Source: a virus
Lineage: Duplodnaviria; Caudoviricetes
DNA length: 58,892 nucleotides
Virus record (IMG/VR): IMGVR_UViG_3300007516_000020
Coordinates: 1 to 58,892 of that record
Reading direction: 5' to 3' (one strand)
Shown here: piece after piece, positions 1 to 8,343 of the stretch
Numbering within the stretch: the first letter of the stretch is position 1
How the letters are laid out: each line of letters starts with the position of its first letter
Notes under the pieces: generated by a model
Told to the model about the DNA's origin: nothing
Database searches by the model: none
What the model saw: the letters and a program-made list of their open reading frames with translations, nothing else
Made by a program: the position numbers and the translations under genes

Positions 1-323
1 CAAATTCGCGAAATTGAAGGATGAAAACACGGCGTTACGTTGCAGGGATGAAGTTTAGATACAAGGGGAGCAAGCAAACATGCCAGTCGTTATATTTCTG
101 ACCATCATTCTTATTACTCTCGCGGTCGTGTTACCCAAAGCAGTGGGTTCTATGACCCGTATTGTGCAGAGGGAGAACCGATAGTGTGTAACAAGGAATT
201 ACATGACGTTCAGATCCTCGTCGAAGATCAAGCCTTGTTGGTGCAGTCACAACTTTTGGTCCCTACCACCTTCAATTGGATGGATGCCGCGCAGATTGCC
301 TTTATTGAAAGCCTAACACGAAC

Positions 324-530
324 ATGAGACAAGTACACTTGACCCCAAAGACGAATAAGGGAAAAACACGGATCGGGAATTCTGGTAACGTGTGGAATGT
401 AGTTGAGGGCGCAGTCGAGTCGCTTACCCCTTCTCCTATCGATTCGCTGATGATACGGTCACTCGATGGTCACGATTTTCGTTGGGTGAAACTCAAGGAT
501 GACGTGAATTTTGTTGTGGAGGTATTATGA
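324..530 (+). CDS. hypothetical phage protein
   Basis: ORF track; overlaps next start (ATGA). Confidence 0.6.
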   Translation: MRQVHLTPKTNKGKTRIGNSGNVWNVVEGAVESLTPSPIDSLMIRSLDGHDFRWVKLKDDVNFVVEVL

Positions 531-823
531 AAACTTCGAAGACAATGGTATGGCATTCAGCAAAGTCTCCAATAGTGGTGTCAAAGACGGCGGCGACGGA
601 GTTGGTCGATCTCATTGTGGCACTTCGAGAAGAAATTGCATCCCTCAAAGAAGAGAATCAGGCTCTTGCTGAGGATTCTACTTCTCTCATTTCCAGGAAC
701 GATCAACTTGAAGATGAATGGGAGACTGAAGTTGACGGAACATATCGAAGTGGACACGCTGCGGGACATGACGAGGGATATGCCAAGGGATTTTCTGATG
801 GGTACGAGTCAGCCAAGAACTAA
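527..823 (+). CDS. coiled-coil protein with GYxxG-repeat C-terminus (paralogue 1)
   Basis: GGAGG RBS; TELVDLIVAL..LKEENQAL shared with 860 and 1093 ORFs. Confidence 0.65.
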   Translation: MKTSKTMVWHSAKSPIVVSKTAATELVDLIVALREEIASLKEENQALAEDSTSLISRNDQLEDEWETEVDGTYRSGHAAGHDEGYAKGFSDGYESAKN

Positions 824-859
824 ATTCAAGAAATTGAAGGATGCAAACAAGGGGACATT

Positions 860-1036
860 ATGAAAACGATTATGACGGAGTTGGTAGAACGCATTTTGGT
901 ACTCGAAGCAGAGATCGCAACCCACAAAGAAGAGAATCGGGCTCTTCAGGCTCTTGTTGATGGGGGATATAATCAGGGATATGGTGATGGGTATGCGAAA
1001 GGCGTTCGGAGATGCTCGACACAATATGAGAACTGA
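860..1036 (+). CDS. 58-aa paralogue 2 (MKTIMTELVERIL...), not in ORF track
   Basis: manual translation; nucleotide similarity to 1093 ORF. Confidence 0.5.
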   Translation: MKTIMTELVERILVLEAEIATHKEENRALQALVDGGYNQGYGDGYAKGVRRCSTQYEN

Positions 1037-1092
1037 TGGCCGAGGTAAGAACTAAATTCAAGAAATTGGAGGATGCAAACAAGGAGGACATT

Positions 1093-1368
1093 ATGAAAAC
1101 GATTATGACGGAGTTGGTAGATCTCATTGTGGCACTTCAAGCAGAAAACGCAACCCTCAAAGAAGAGAATCAGGCTCTTGTTGAGAAGTCAACTTCTCTC
1201 GCTTCTATGCACAAGGGAGTTGAACTTGAAGCTGAATTGAAGCTCCCATTTATCTTCAAGCACGATACGTATCAAAGTGGACACGATGATGGATATGATG
1301 GGGGGTATTTTGTGGGATATGATGTTGGATATGGCATAGGACTCAGAGAGGGTCTAGAGGGTGCGTGA
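1093..1368 (+). CDS. coiled-coil/GYxxG paralogue 3
   Basis: AGGAGG RBS before ATG 1093 within ORF 1036..1368. Confidence 0.6.
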   Translation: MKTIMTELVDLIVALQAENATLKEENQALVEKSTSLASMHKGVELEAELKLPFIFKHDTYQSGHDDGYDGGYFVGYDVGYGIGLREGLEGA

Positions 1369-1783
1369 TCTGATGGCCGAGGTAAAAGTCAAATTCGCGA
1401 AATTGAAGGATGAAAACACGGCGTTACGTTCTCGCCGGCGCCATATCATCGAAGAGTGGTATGGAATGTTGGGGCAACAGATCGTGGACTTAGAACGGAA
1501 CCTGAATTCCGCAGTCGATTCAGACTTTCCACGACCAACCGACGTTGCGGTACTGTGCTACAAGGCCGGGATGAAGTTTAGATACAAGGATACACACGGC
1601 AAAATCGGAGATCAGATCTTTATCCTTGCAAAAACAGAATCCGTGGTCTACAATCTCATTGGCCTGAACGATGGAAACTGTTGGTCGAATGCCCTTATGT
1701 GCGTGGGGGATATTTCAAAGACCGTTTTCGATAAGCATTTCTGTGACGCAGAAGCCGCCGAATGGTTGTTACTAACTTCCTAA
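1361..1783 (+). CDS. hypothetical protein
   Basis: ORF track; pieces duplicated at window positions 1-66. Confidence 0.6.
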   Translation: MRDLMAEVKVKFAKLKDENTALRSRRRHIIEEWYGMLGQQIVDLERNLNSAVDSDFPRPTDVAVLCYKAGMKFRYKDTHGKIGDQIFILAKTESVVYNLIGLNDGNCWSNALMCVGDISKTVFDKHFCDAEAAEWLLLTS

Positions 1784-1968
1784 TACGAGGATACCATGAA
1801 CATTCTGAAATATTTCAAAGGACGTTCGCGAGCCAAACAACTGAAGATTAACGCCCTCACTCTTCTGGCCAAGAGCGGAACACTCCGTAACGGGGATCAT
1901 GCAATTCGTCACGTCATGTCCAAGAGGGAAATGCGGAAACTAATGAGCCCTGAAGGAAGGTCAACTGT

Positions 1969-2178
1969 ATGAGACAACCACATACACCGAACGCGAACCC
2001 CGCGGTCGAAGAGATCATGCAAGCGTATCTGAAAACCTATATGTCTGAACGACAATTCGAAGAGTTGGTTGAGAAAGCTATTCTAGATGCGAAGGCAGAG
2101 GGTGGCGGTGGAAGTACCGTGGAAGCATATGACAAGGGATTTTCTGATGGGTACGATTCAGCCGTGGCGGGAGGCTAA
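1969..2178 (+). CDS. hypothetical protein with KGFSDGY C-terminal motif
   Basis: ORF track; motif shared with 527 ORF. Confidence 0.55.
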   Translation: MRQPHTPNANPAVEEIMQAYLKTYMSERQFEELVEKAILDAKAEGGGGSTVEAYDKGFSDGYDSAVAGG

Positions 2179-2180
2179 CC

Positions 2181-2396
2181 ATGTGTTACGGAGGTTGTGA
2201 TTGTAGACGTTGCGGCGGCGACCCGCCAGTGATCAAGAACGCGGATCGACATAAGGACGAGCCGCCAGTGATCAAGAACGTGTATCGACATAAGAACGAG
2301 GATGAGGATATTGACTGGGACAGCTATAAAAAAGGTGTTTCAGATGGATTTGCGCTAGCGAGGAAACTATTTTCGCACAACTTACCGAGGGAGTGA
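2181..2396 (+). CDS. small protein, Cys-rich N-terminus, internal 13-aa duplication
   Basis: GGAGG RBS; 39-bp tandem repeat. Confidence 0.55.
   Translation: MCYGGCDCRRCGGDPPVIKNADRHKDEPPVIKNVYRHKNEDEDIDWDSYKKGVSDGFALARKLFSHNLPRE
2223..2300 (+). repeat. 39-bp in-frame tandem duplication (PPVIKNxxRHKxE x2)
   Basis: ccgccagtgatcaagaacg... seen twice. Confidence 0.85.
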
Positions 2397-2403
2397 AAAT
2401 AAC

Positions 2404-2607
2404 GTGATCATCTCAGAATTGTTGCTCGCCACTCTTGTTGGCACCACCATCTACTTCCTGGTCAGGAGAACACACTTTAGGAGAACACACTATTGGGTCT
2501 CTCTGGTTGGTTATATCCTGGCATTTTTTATCATCGTTGCCATTGTGTTCGCTTTGGGCTACTTTTGGCATATGTGCGAGTCTGATATTCCCACATATTA
2601 CATGTAA
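2404..2607 (+). CDS. small membrane protein (2 TM)
   Basis: two hydrophobic stretches. Confidence 0.5.
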   Translation: MIISELLLATLVGTTIYFLVRRTHFRRTHYWVSLVGYILAFFIIVAIVFALGYFWHMCESDIPTYYM

Positions 2608-2627
2608 AATCAATGACTTAGAGCTTC

Positions 2628-2655
2628 TTGACATTTTCTCCCACTATGTTATACT
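2628..2655 (+). promoter_or_regulatory. sigma70-type early promoter
   Basis: TTGACA-16-TATACT with TGn. Confidence 0.75.
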
Positions 2656-2691
2656 AATAGTGTAGGGATTGGGGAAAACAAGGAGGATATC

Positions 2692-3111
2692 ATGGCATTT
2701 ATGAATCAGGATCGCAAAAAGGTGTTAGCCGTTCATCTCAAGAAGGCAATGGCAGGTTACAATATCAAGTATACGCTTGGGGTCAACCACCATTCCACTA
2801 TTGTTATGAGGATTACTGAGGGGGATCTTGACATTATTGGAAATGCTCAGGCTGTCAATGATAGTCACCCCAACCCAGATCGCCATAGAAATTCGCGTGG
2901 GAACGGACCAGCCACCCACCTATCAGTGAATAACTATTATATTGATGACCACTACACTGGCGTGGTCAAGGGAATGTTGAGTGCTGCGAATGCTGCCCTG
3001 TCTGTAGGCAACCACGACAGATCGGATATTCAAAGCGATTATTTTGATGTGGGATGGTATATTAGCATCTCAGTGGGGACGTGGGACAAACCCTACAAGT
3101 TGGTGAACTAA
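2692..3111 (+). CDS. conserved phage early hypothetical protein (C-terminal DIQSDYFDVGWY)
   Basis: AGGAGG RBS, promoter upstream. Confidence 0.75.
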   Translation: MAFMNQDRKKVLAVHLKKAMAGYNIKYTLGVNHHSTIVMRITEGDLDIIGNAQAVNDSHPNPDRHRNSRGNGPATHLSVNNYYIDDHYTGVVKGMLSAANAALSVGNHDRSDIQSDYFDVGWYISISVGTWDKPYKLVN

Positions 3112-3112
3112 C

Positions 3113-3301
3113 ATGAAACAGTTGACCGAGAAACAGTGGAGGATCGCGGTCGATCTTCTTATTGATTGTGTGGAGATATCACAGACTCAGATAGCCCAAG
3201 TAATCAATGACCCCGAAAATCCCAAGCACCTTAACGATCTGGCTATACGTTTCAAACTCAGCAAGATGACCGTTGCAGCGGTGAAAAGGTGTATCACATA
3301 A
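3113..3301 (+). CDS. hypothetical protein
   Basis: ORF track, operon spacing. Confidence 0.55.
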   Translation: MKQLTEKQWRIAVDLLIDCVEISQTQIAQVINDPENPKHLNDLAIRFKLSKMTVAAVKRCIT

Positions 3302-3329
3302 ATCTCTATACGGTTCATAGGAGAATGGT

Positions 3330-3746
3330 ATGGCTACTCGCTGTCAAGTAAAAATTACAGGGAAGAATGATGCTACAGAAGCCGTCACCCTCTATCACCA
3401 CTACGATGGATGTCCAACCAGTATGGTCCCACTCATTGCAGACGCCTATGCCGCAGATTGGAAGCACGGCTTTGTGGGGAAGGTTGCTAGCTTTGTGGTC
3501 TCGCGAGACCCCGCAGGATATGATATTGAGGCGGATCATGGGATTCATGGTGACATCGAGTGGTATTATGTTTTGGAAGTAGGATCCGAAACGCATGTCG
3601 AATTCGTCCCAAAATGGTTCCTCACCGTCTATGACGCGAAATCTGCTTATGTTGTTTCTGATATGCGAAAGGTATTCAGTGGTTTGATCCAGGATGCCAT
3701 ACCACTTGCCGAGTCGATGGAACAGTATGAGGGGGAGGACGAATAG
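3330..3746 (+). CDS. phage hypothetical protein (MATR...LYHHYDGCP motif)
   Basis: AGGAG RBS; MxTR..HxDGxP motif common in phage ORFs. Confidence 0.7.
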   Translation: MATRCQVKITGKNDATEAVTLYHHYDGCPTSMVPLIADAYAADWKHGFVGKVASFVVSRDPAGYDIEADHGIHGDIEWYYVLEVGSETHVEFVPKWFLTVYDAKSAYVVSDMRKVFSGLIQDAIPLAESMEQYEGEDE

Positions 3747-3932
3747 TGTTTGCTGGATTATACACAATCCTCGTGAGGAGTGTTCCTGAGATGCCGTTAT
3801 GGTTCGCGGTGAGTTTTTCGGCCACCGCCACCATAATCCTAGGTTTATCAGTGGCTTTAATCATGAAGCGAGGTCGTATCTAAATAACCATTTAGTCAAC
3901 CAAACTTCCAACATATACCACTAGGAGGCCCT

Positions 3933-5390
3933 ATGAAGAAGCTGTTCGCCGCGATAGTATTTGCCATGACATTGGCATGTTTGCCATTGATGGCAGATGC
4001 AAAAGACCTATATGTTCGTGCCCTACCAGCCTGTGCCCTTTCGGGCAATGGATTCGAATATGGCTGTGCAACAGTCGCCGGTGGGGTGGGAGCTATTCGC
4101 GGAACCGCCGCAATCCCATGGGCAACCGTCGTGCCTAATGATAAAGTAATCATTTGTGGTGTACATGAAATCACTAATCCCGCGTTTCGAGTGACCCCTA
4201 CGGTCAGTGGAGCGTTAGGGAAGCCTATCACAATCACTGGTTCATGCGTGAATGATCCTGGTGTACTTGACGGTATGAACCATGCCGCTGGTATCCGTCT
4301 TATCAATCTTGGAAGTGCTGGACCTATCAATCATTTTGTGATTGATGGATTGTGGATCAGAAACGTACCCAATACCACTGACTATGCTCTTTCGGGTCAC
4401 GACAATGCAGCGGGCGGAGTTGTAGATCGTCATATCACAATTGTCAACAATCGATTCACCAACATCGGCTGGATTGGTATGTGGCTATGGGGATCAGAAT
4501 TCACGGTCGTGAATAACACTCTTGATGGTGTCGGCGACGATGCAATTTATGTGAAGGGCGGAAAGAATACTGTCATTGCTGGAAACAAAGTCATAAATGT
4601 CAGTACGAATGGTATTGGGGGAGATTGTATCCAATTCGATTCAGCGGCAACACAGGGCACGATTGGAACAGGTACCGTTATCGTGAGTGATAACCTCTGT
4701 GACAAACGCGGCGGCACGAATGTGAAGTATGGGGTATTAGTGGGACCAGTGACAGGATTGACCGTCATTGAAAATAACAAGATTTACTGCCCAGCACCTT
4801 CCACACTTCAGACAGCGTGTAGCCCAATCTACATCAATGCAGCGGGTACCGCAAAGACCGCACAAGTGATCATCCGAGGCAACTTCGTCTCAATGGGATG
4901 GAGAGGTATCACACTCGCAACCGCGGATAATCCTAATGTGCGCCATCATCTGACAGGTAACGTGATTGAGAAAGCAGGAACATTTGGTGTATGGCTGGAT
5001 GCAAACACCGATAATGTTGATGTCACCAACAATGTATTTGGACAGAATGCTGATGTGGGATTGTATCTTGGTAAAGTGTCAACCACCCATCGCATTGAGA
5101 ATAACATATTCTACGGAAACGCTAAGGGTATCTTCTACTTGAATGCCCCAAGTCGTGGACATAAGTATAATGACTTCTTTCAGAATAGCGTAGCGAATAT
5201 CACAGATTCGTCGGGACCAAAGGCTCTTGATGCAACCGACGTGACTATTGATCCCCAGTTTACATTCACAACGGATTGGAAGCTTCCAGCAGATTCGATC
5301 CTGCGTAATGTTGGACAACCATTGCCCCTTCTCTGTCTCGATAAGGTCTTAGGGTATTGCTGGACACCAGCGAACCTGGGCGCATACTAA
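3933..5390 (+). CDS. exported right-handed parallel beta-helix (pectin-lyase-like) protein
   Basis: Sec-type signal peptide MKKLFAAIVF...ADA; repeated xxNNxx beta-helix rungs; AGGAGG RBS. Confidence 0.75.
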   Translation: MKKLFAAIVFAMTLACLPLMADAKDLYVRALPACALSGNGFEYGCATVAGGVGAIRGTAAIPWATVVPNDKVIICGVHEITNPAFRVTPTVSGALGKPITITGSCVNDPGVLDGMNHAAGIRLINLGSAGPINHFVIDGLWIRNVPNTTDYALSGHDNAAGGVVDRHITIVNNRFTNIGWIGMWLWGSEFTVVNNTLDGVGDDAIYVKGGKNTVIAGNKVINVSTNGIGGDCIQFDSAATQGTIGTGTVIVSDNLCDKRGGTNVKYGVLVGPVTGLTVIENNKIYCPAPSTLQTACSPIYINAAGTAKTAQVIIRGNFVSMGWRGITLATADNPNVRHHLTGNVIEKAGTFGVWLDANTDNVDVTNNVFGQNADVGLYLGKVSTTHRIENNIFYGNAKGIFYLNAPSRGHKYNDFFQNSVANITDSSGPKALDATDVTIDPQFTFTTDWKLPADSILRNVGQPLPLLCLDKVLGYCWTPANLGAY

Positions 5391-5416
5391 GTTCGTCTTT
5401 ATTATGGGGTGATGTG

Positions 5417-5974
5417 ATGTTGCCAGAATTTGAGTCATTCAAGAAAATTCCCAGGCTCAGCCGTGTGTGTACCGTCACAGAAAAGCTGGACGGTACCAAC
5501 GGTCAGATCCTTATCACTGAGGATGGACTGTTATACGCTGGCAGCCATCGCCGCTGGCTCTTGACCCCCGAAGGGTTGGGTGAAGATAACCATGGATTCG
5601 GTCGCTGGGTGCTTGAGCACAAGGACGAACTCCTCCTAGGCCTGGGTATCGGTCGACACTACGGAGAGTGGTGGGGACAAGGTATACAGCGAAAGTATGG
5701 TTTGACTGAGAAACGATTCTCATTGTTCAATACGCATATGTGGGGCGACGAGACTGTCAGACCTGCTTGTTGCTCTGTGGTGCCTGTGTTGTACAAAGGA
5801 ATGTTCGATCAGATCATCATACAGGATTGCCTGAATGGTTTGGGGAAAAATGGAAGTGTGGCCTCCCCAGGATTCATGAAACCAGAGGGTGTTGTGATTT
5901 ACCACGAAGCGGCAAAGACATATTTCAAGAAGACTATCGAAGGGGACGAGAAACCCAAAGGGTCGCAAGAATGA
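5417..5974 (+). CDS. Rnl2-like ATP-dependent RNA ligase (adenylation domain)
   Basis: FxKIPRL, TEKLDGTN (motif I), YGEWWG, EGVVI. Confidence 0.8.
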   Translation: MLPEFESFKKIPRLSRVCTVTEKLDGTNGQILITEDGLLYAGSHRRWLLTPEGLGEDNHGFGRWVLEHKDELLLGLGIGRHYGEWWGQGIQRKYGLTEKRFSLFNTHMWGDETVRPACCSVVPVLYKGMFDQIIIQDCLNGLGKNGSVASPGFMKPEGVVIYHEAAKTYFKKTIEGDEKPKGSQE

Positions 5975-6138
5975 TCAAACACCACATATGGTGCTCTGAG
6001 GCGGCAACTATCATTGAAGGCAGTTGCCGCCAATGTGAGGACCTGGAAAGACAATATCCACCACAAGGCAGTCTGGACTATACAGACATGCTCAATGAAT
6101 ATTTCCTCATTACCGACGAACCCCCAACAGACTCCTAG
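5971..6138 (+). CDS. small hypothetical protein
   Basis: ATGA overlap with ligase stop. Confidence 0.45.
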   Translation: MIKHHIWCSEAATIIEGSCRQCEDLERQYPPQGSLDYTDMLNEYFLITDEPPTDS

Positions 6139-6160
6139 AACCTCCTAAAACGGTCCAGGA
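6133..6160. repeat. 28-bp dispersed repeat, copy 1 (copy 2 at 32000-32027)
   Basis: tcctagaacctcctaaaacgg(t/c)ccagga. Confidence 0.85.
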
Positions 6161-6244
6161 CGGTCGATCCCCCACAACCTCTGCCTTACCATCCATTTAG
6201 ATGTGTGTTTTTAACACACTACCAAAGATGATCGAAAATAGTGC

Positions 6245-6272
6245 TTGACATCTTACCCCAATCTGTTATACT
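6245..6272 (+). promoter_or_regulatory. sigma70-type promoter
   Basis: TTGACA-16-TATACT with TGn. Confidence 0.7.
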
Positions 6273-6327
6273 AAGAGAGTAGAAGCAAGGGAAGATGTGA
6301 GATAACCACTGCATGGGAGAAACGGGA

Positions 6328-6516
6328 ATGAACAAGCCTAAACTGAAATTGATTGGGAAGGATGGGAATGCGTTCATGGTACTCGGTCTTGCCAAGAAAG
6401 CCGCAGACCGAGCGAAGTGGCCCAAGGAGAAGTGGGAAGGTGTTCGTAAAGAGATGTTGGCGGGAAACTACTCCCATCTGTTAGCAGTAGCAAAGGAACA
6501 CTTTGACGTTTCATAA
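6328..6516 (+). CDS. conserved phage hypothetical protein (GxDGNAF motif)
   Basis: LIGKDGNAFMVLG...GNYSHLL. Confidence 0.7.
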   Translation: MNKPKLKLIGKDGNAFMVLGLAKKAADRAKWPKEKWEGVRKEMLAGNYSHLLAVAKEHFDVS

Positions 6517-6737
6517 ACGTGTGTCGTGTCTGTTCGGCGGGATTGGAGAAGTGTACGCAGCAAAGAAGTCTAAATAGATGAATGCACAAAGCTGACACCA
6601 TGGAAATACAACTTCTCAAGCAACTAGAAACGCTGACCGATAGGCATGGCAGTTTCTCGTTGGCTAATCCAGCAGCCCAAGCAAAGATGCGAGCGGTGGT
6701 CATTCAATTTCTTTCGAAGGCTGGTAAAAAATAGTTG

Positions 6738-6766
6738 TTGACAATGACCCGCGGTTGTGTTATCAT
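6738..6766 (+). promoter_or_regulatory. sigma70-type promoter
   Basis: TTGACA-17-TATCAT. Confidence 0.6.
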
Positions 6767-6792
6767 GTGCCTATAACTTGGTAAGGAGTAAC

Positions 6793-7029
6793 ATGGTAAA
6801 GAATGATTCTGACATTATCGAGACTGCCGATCCTCTGTATGGTACGGGCAACATGGTCGTACTCAAGTACATGGCACTAGAGGATCCGTGGACTGTGGAG
6901 AACAGTTCTTGGGATTTTCTTCAGAAGTCGTGGACTTACACAATTTCGAAGCCAGCAATCGGTGCAGAAATTCGCGAAGGCCGGGCATTTGAAAACGATC
7001 TGAGGCTGGTTTCTTTGGGACGAAAGTAA
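6793..7029 (+). CDS. hypothetical protein
   Basis: TAAGGAG RBS before ATG 6793. Confidence 0.6.
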   Translation: MVKNDSDIIETADPLYGTGNMVVLKYMALEDPWTVENSSWDFLQKSWTYTISKPAIGAEIREGRAFENDLRLVSLGRK

Positions 7030-7035
7030 AAGTTG

Positions 7036-7043
7036 TATAAATA
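7036..7043 (+). promoter_or_regulatory. T4-type late promoter upstream of tRNA operon
   Basis: TATAAATA. Confidence 0.6.
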
Positions 7044-7055
7044 GAAAGAAAGTGC

Positions 7056-7084
7056 TTGACATTGAGGAATGGTTGTGTTATACT
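7056..7084 (+). promoter_or_regulatory. sigma70-type promoter of tRNA operon leader
   Basis: TTGACA-17-TATACT with TGn. Confidence 0.8.
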
Positions 7085-7128
7085 CCTCAGTACGATGCAC
7101 AAACGATTTAGCGAAACAATAGGAAGAT

Positions 7129-7242
7129 ATGCAGCAACTAGATTTGACCGATACGAAACTGAATACCCCCGAATGCCCATCACCTGTAAGATATACAGCA
7201 TGGCAGGCGTCTAAGATTCAATTCGGAGGTATGAAAGCCTAA
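7129..7242 (+). CDS. putative 37-aa leader peptide MQQLDLTDTKLNTPECPSPVRYTAWQASKIQFGGMKA
   Basis: AGGA 4 nt before ATG; lies between promoter and terminator. Confidence 0.45.
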   Translation: MQQLDLTDTKLNTPECPSPVRYTAWQASKIQFGGMKA

Positions 7243-7283
7243 GTCCTCGTTACCCATCTCCCGGGTAACTGGGAAAGTCGAAG

Positions 7284-7317
7284 AAAGCCAGGGAGAAATC
7301 TCTGGCTTTTTGTTTTT
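7284..7317 (+). terminator. intrinsic terminator/attenuator immediately before first tRNA
   Basis: 11-bp stem aaagccaggga/tctctggcttt, GAAA loop, U-tract. Confidence 0.8.
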
Positions 7318-7318
7318 C

Positions 7319-7392
7319 GGGGCCATCGTCCAATAGGAAGATAGCTGAATGGCATTCAGCAGACGAGGGGGCGGTACCCTCTGGCTCCACCA
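7319..7392 (+). tRNA. tRNA-Ala(GGC)
   Basis: cloverleaf, G3:U70, CCA; T-loop GGCGGTA. Confidence 0.85.
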
Positions 7393-7399
7393 CAAATAT

Positions 7400-7475
7400 G
7401 CGCTGGTACTCTAACTAGCAAGGGGCCCACCCGATAAGTGGGAATATGTGAGTGCAAATCTCACCCGGCGCACCA
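7400..7475 (+). tRNA. tRNA-Ile(GAT), C33
   Basis: cccac-cc GAT aa-gtggg; CCA. Confidence 0.85.
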
Positions 7476-7482
7476 AGCGTAT

Positions 7483-7556
7483 ATGGGATAAGTGTTACAG
7501 CAGCACAGTAGTCTCCAAAACTACGGGCGCAGGTGCGACTCCTGCATCCCATGCCA
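7483..7556 (+). tRNA. tRNA-Trp(CCA)
   Basis: gtagt-ct CCA aa-actac; G73 CCA. Confidence 0.9.
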
Positions 7557-7574
7557 AAAGAAGAGGAATGTATC

Positions 7575-8102
7575 ATGTTGTCAATGACTTTGTTACTCAA
7601 CACCACCTATGAACCTATCCAGGTCGTTGGTTGGCAGCGAGCGATTACCCTGTTGTTTCAGGGAAAGTGTGAAGTCCTTGAGGAACACGATGAAGAAATC
7701 CATTCGATTTCTTTCACGATGAAGATTCCTTCAGTACTCAGAATGTTGATGCCAGCAAGGATCAAGCGTAAGGTCCCAGTGAAGTTCACCAGGTTGAACA
7801 TCTTTACGCGAGACGGTTGGAAGTGTCAATACTGCGGCGACAAGTTTTCCAGCAATGAATTGACTTTCGACCATGTTGTTCCTGTGACTCAGGGTGGCCG
7901 TAAAAGTTGGGAAAACATCACGACCGCGTGCGTGGACTGTAACTCTCGGAAGGCTGGGCGTACTCCTCAGCAAGCAGGAATGAAGCTCTTGAAGAAGCCC
8001 AAGCAGCCTATGTGGTCACAAGTAATCACTGTTACCGCGGGGCTACGAAAGACCCCTGATAACTGGGCATCATACTTGTACTGGAATGTTGAGCTGACAT
8101 AA
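7575..8102 (+). CDS. HNH endonuclease (McrA-like)
   Basis: RDGWKCQYCG, TFDHVVP, WENITTACVDCNSRK. Confidence 0.9.
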   Translation: MLSMTLLLNTTYEPIQVVGWQRAITLLFQGKCEVLEEHDEEIHSISFTMKIPSVLRMLMPARIKRKVPVKFTRLNIFTRDGWKCQYCGDKFSSNELTFDHVVPVTQGGRKSWENITTACVDCNSRKAGRTPQQAGMKLLKKPKQPMWSQVITVTAGLRKTPDNWASYLYWNVELT

Positions 8103-8107
8103 ATCCT

Positions 8108-8197
8108 GTGGAGTGGTGTAAACACCAAGCACGATAAACGCAGAGGGGAAGACCCTCAAATGCGGGATAAGTAGGAGTCTAGAAATCTCCTCTCCAC
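8108..8197 (+). ncRNA. tRNA-like structured RNA without CCA
   Basis: gtggag/ctccac closing stem plus three hairpins. Confidence 0.45.
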
Positions 8198-8209
8198 TGA
8201 AAATAGTTC

Positions 8210-8238
8210 TTGACAAACGGTTCGGAATTTGTTATAGT
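8210..8238 (+). promoter_or_regulatory. sigma70-type promoter
   Basis: TTGACA-17-TATAGT. Confidence 0.7.
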
Positions 8239-8267
8239 AAGAGAGTGAGATAAGAAATTGAGAGTTT

Positions 8268-8343
8268 GCCGCTGTGAGTCAGATAGTTGATTGCCTCTCT
8301 TGTAAGGAGGATTAGGCTGGTGCAAGTCCAGTCAGCGGCTCCA
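8268..8343 (+). tRNA. tRNA-Thr(TGT)
   Basis: cctct-ct TGT aa-ggagg; CCA. Confidence 0.88.

Noticed and set aside
1243-1263. LPFIFKH peptide shared between the 1093 ORF and RtcB (about 19823-19843)
   Set aside because: Only 7 aa with synonymous differences; cannot distinguish chance from capture.
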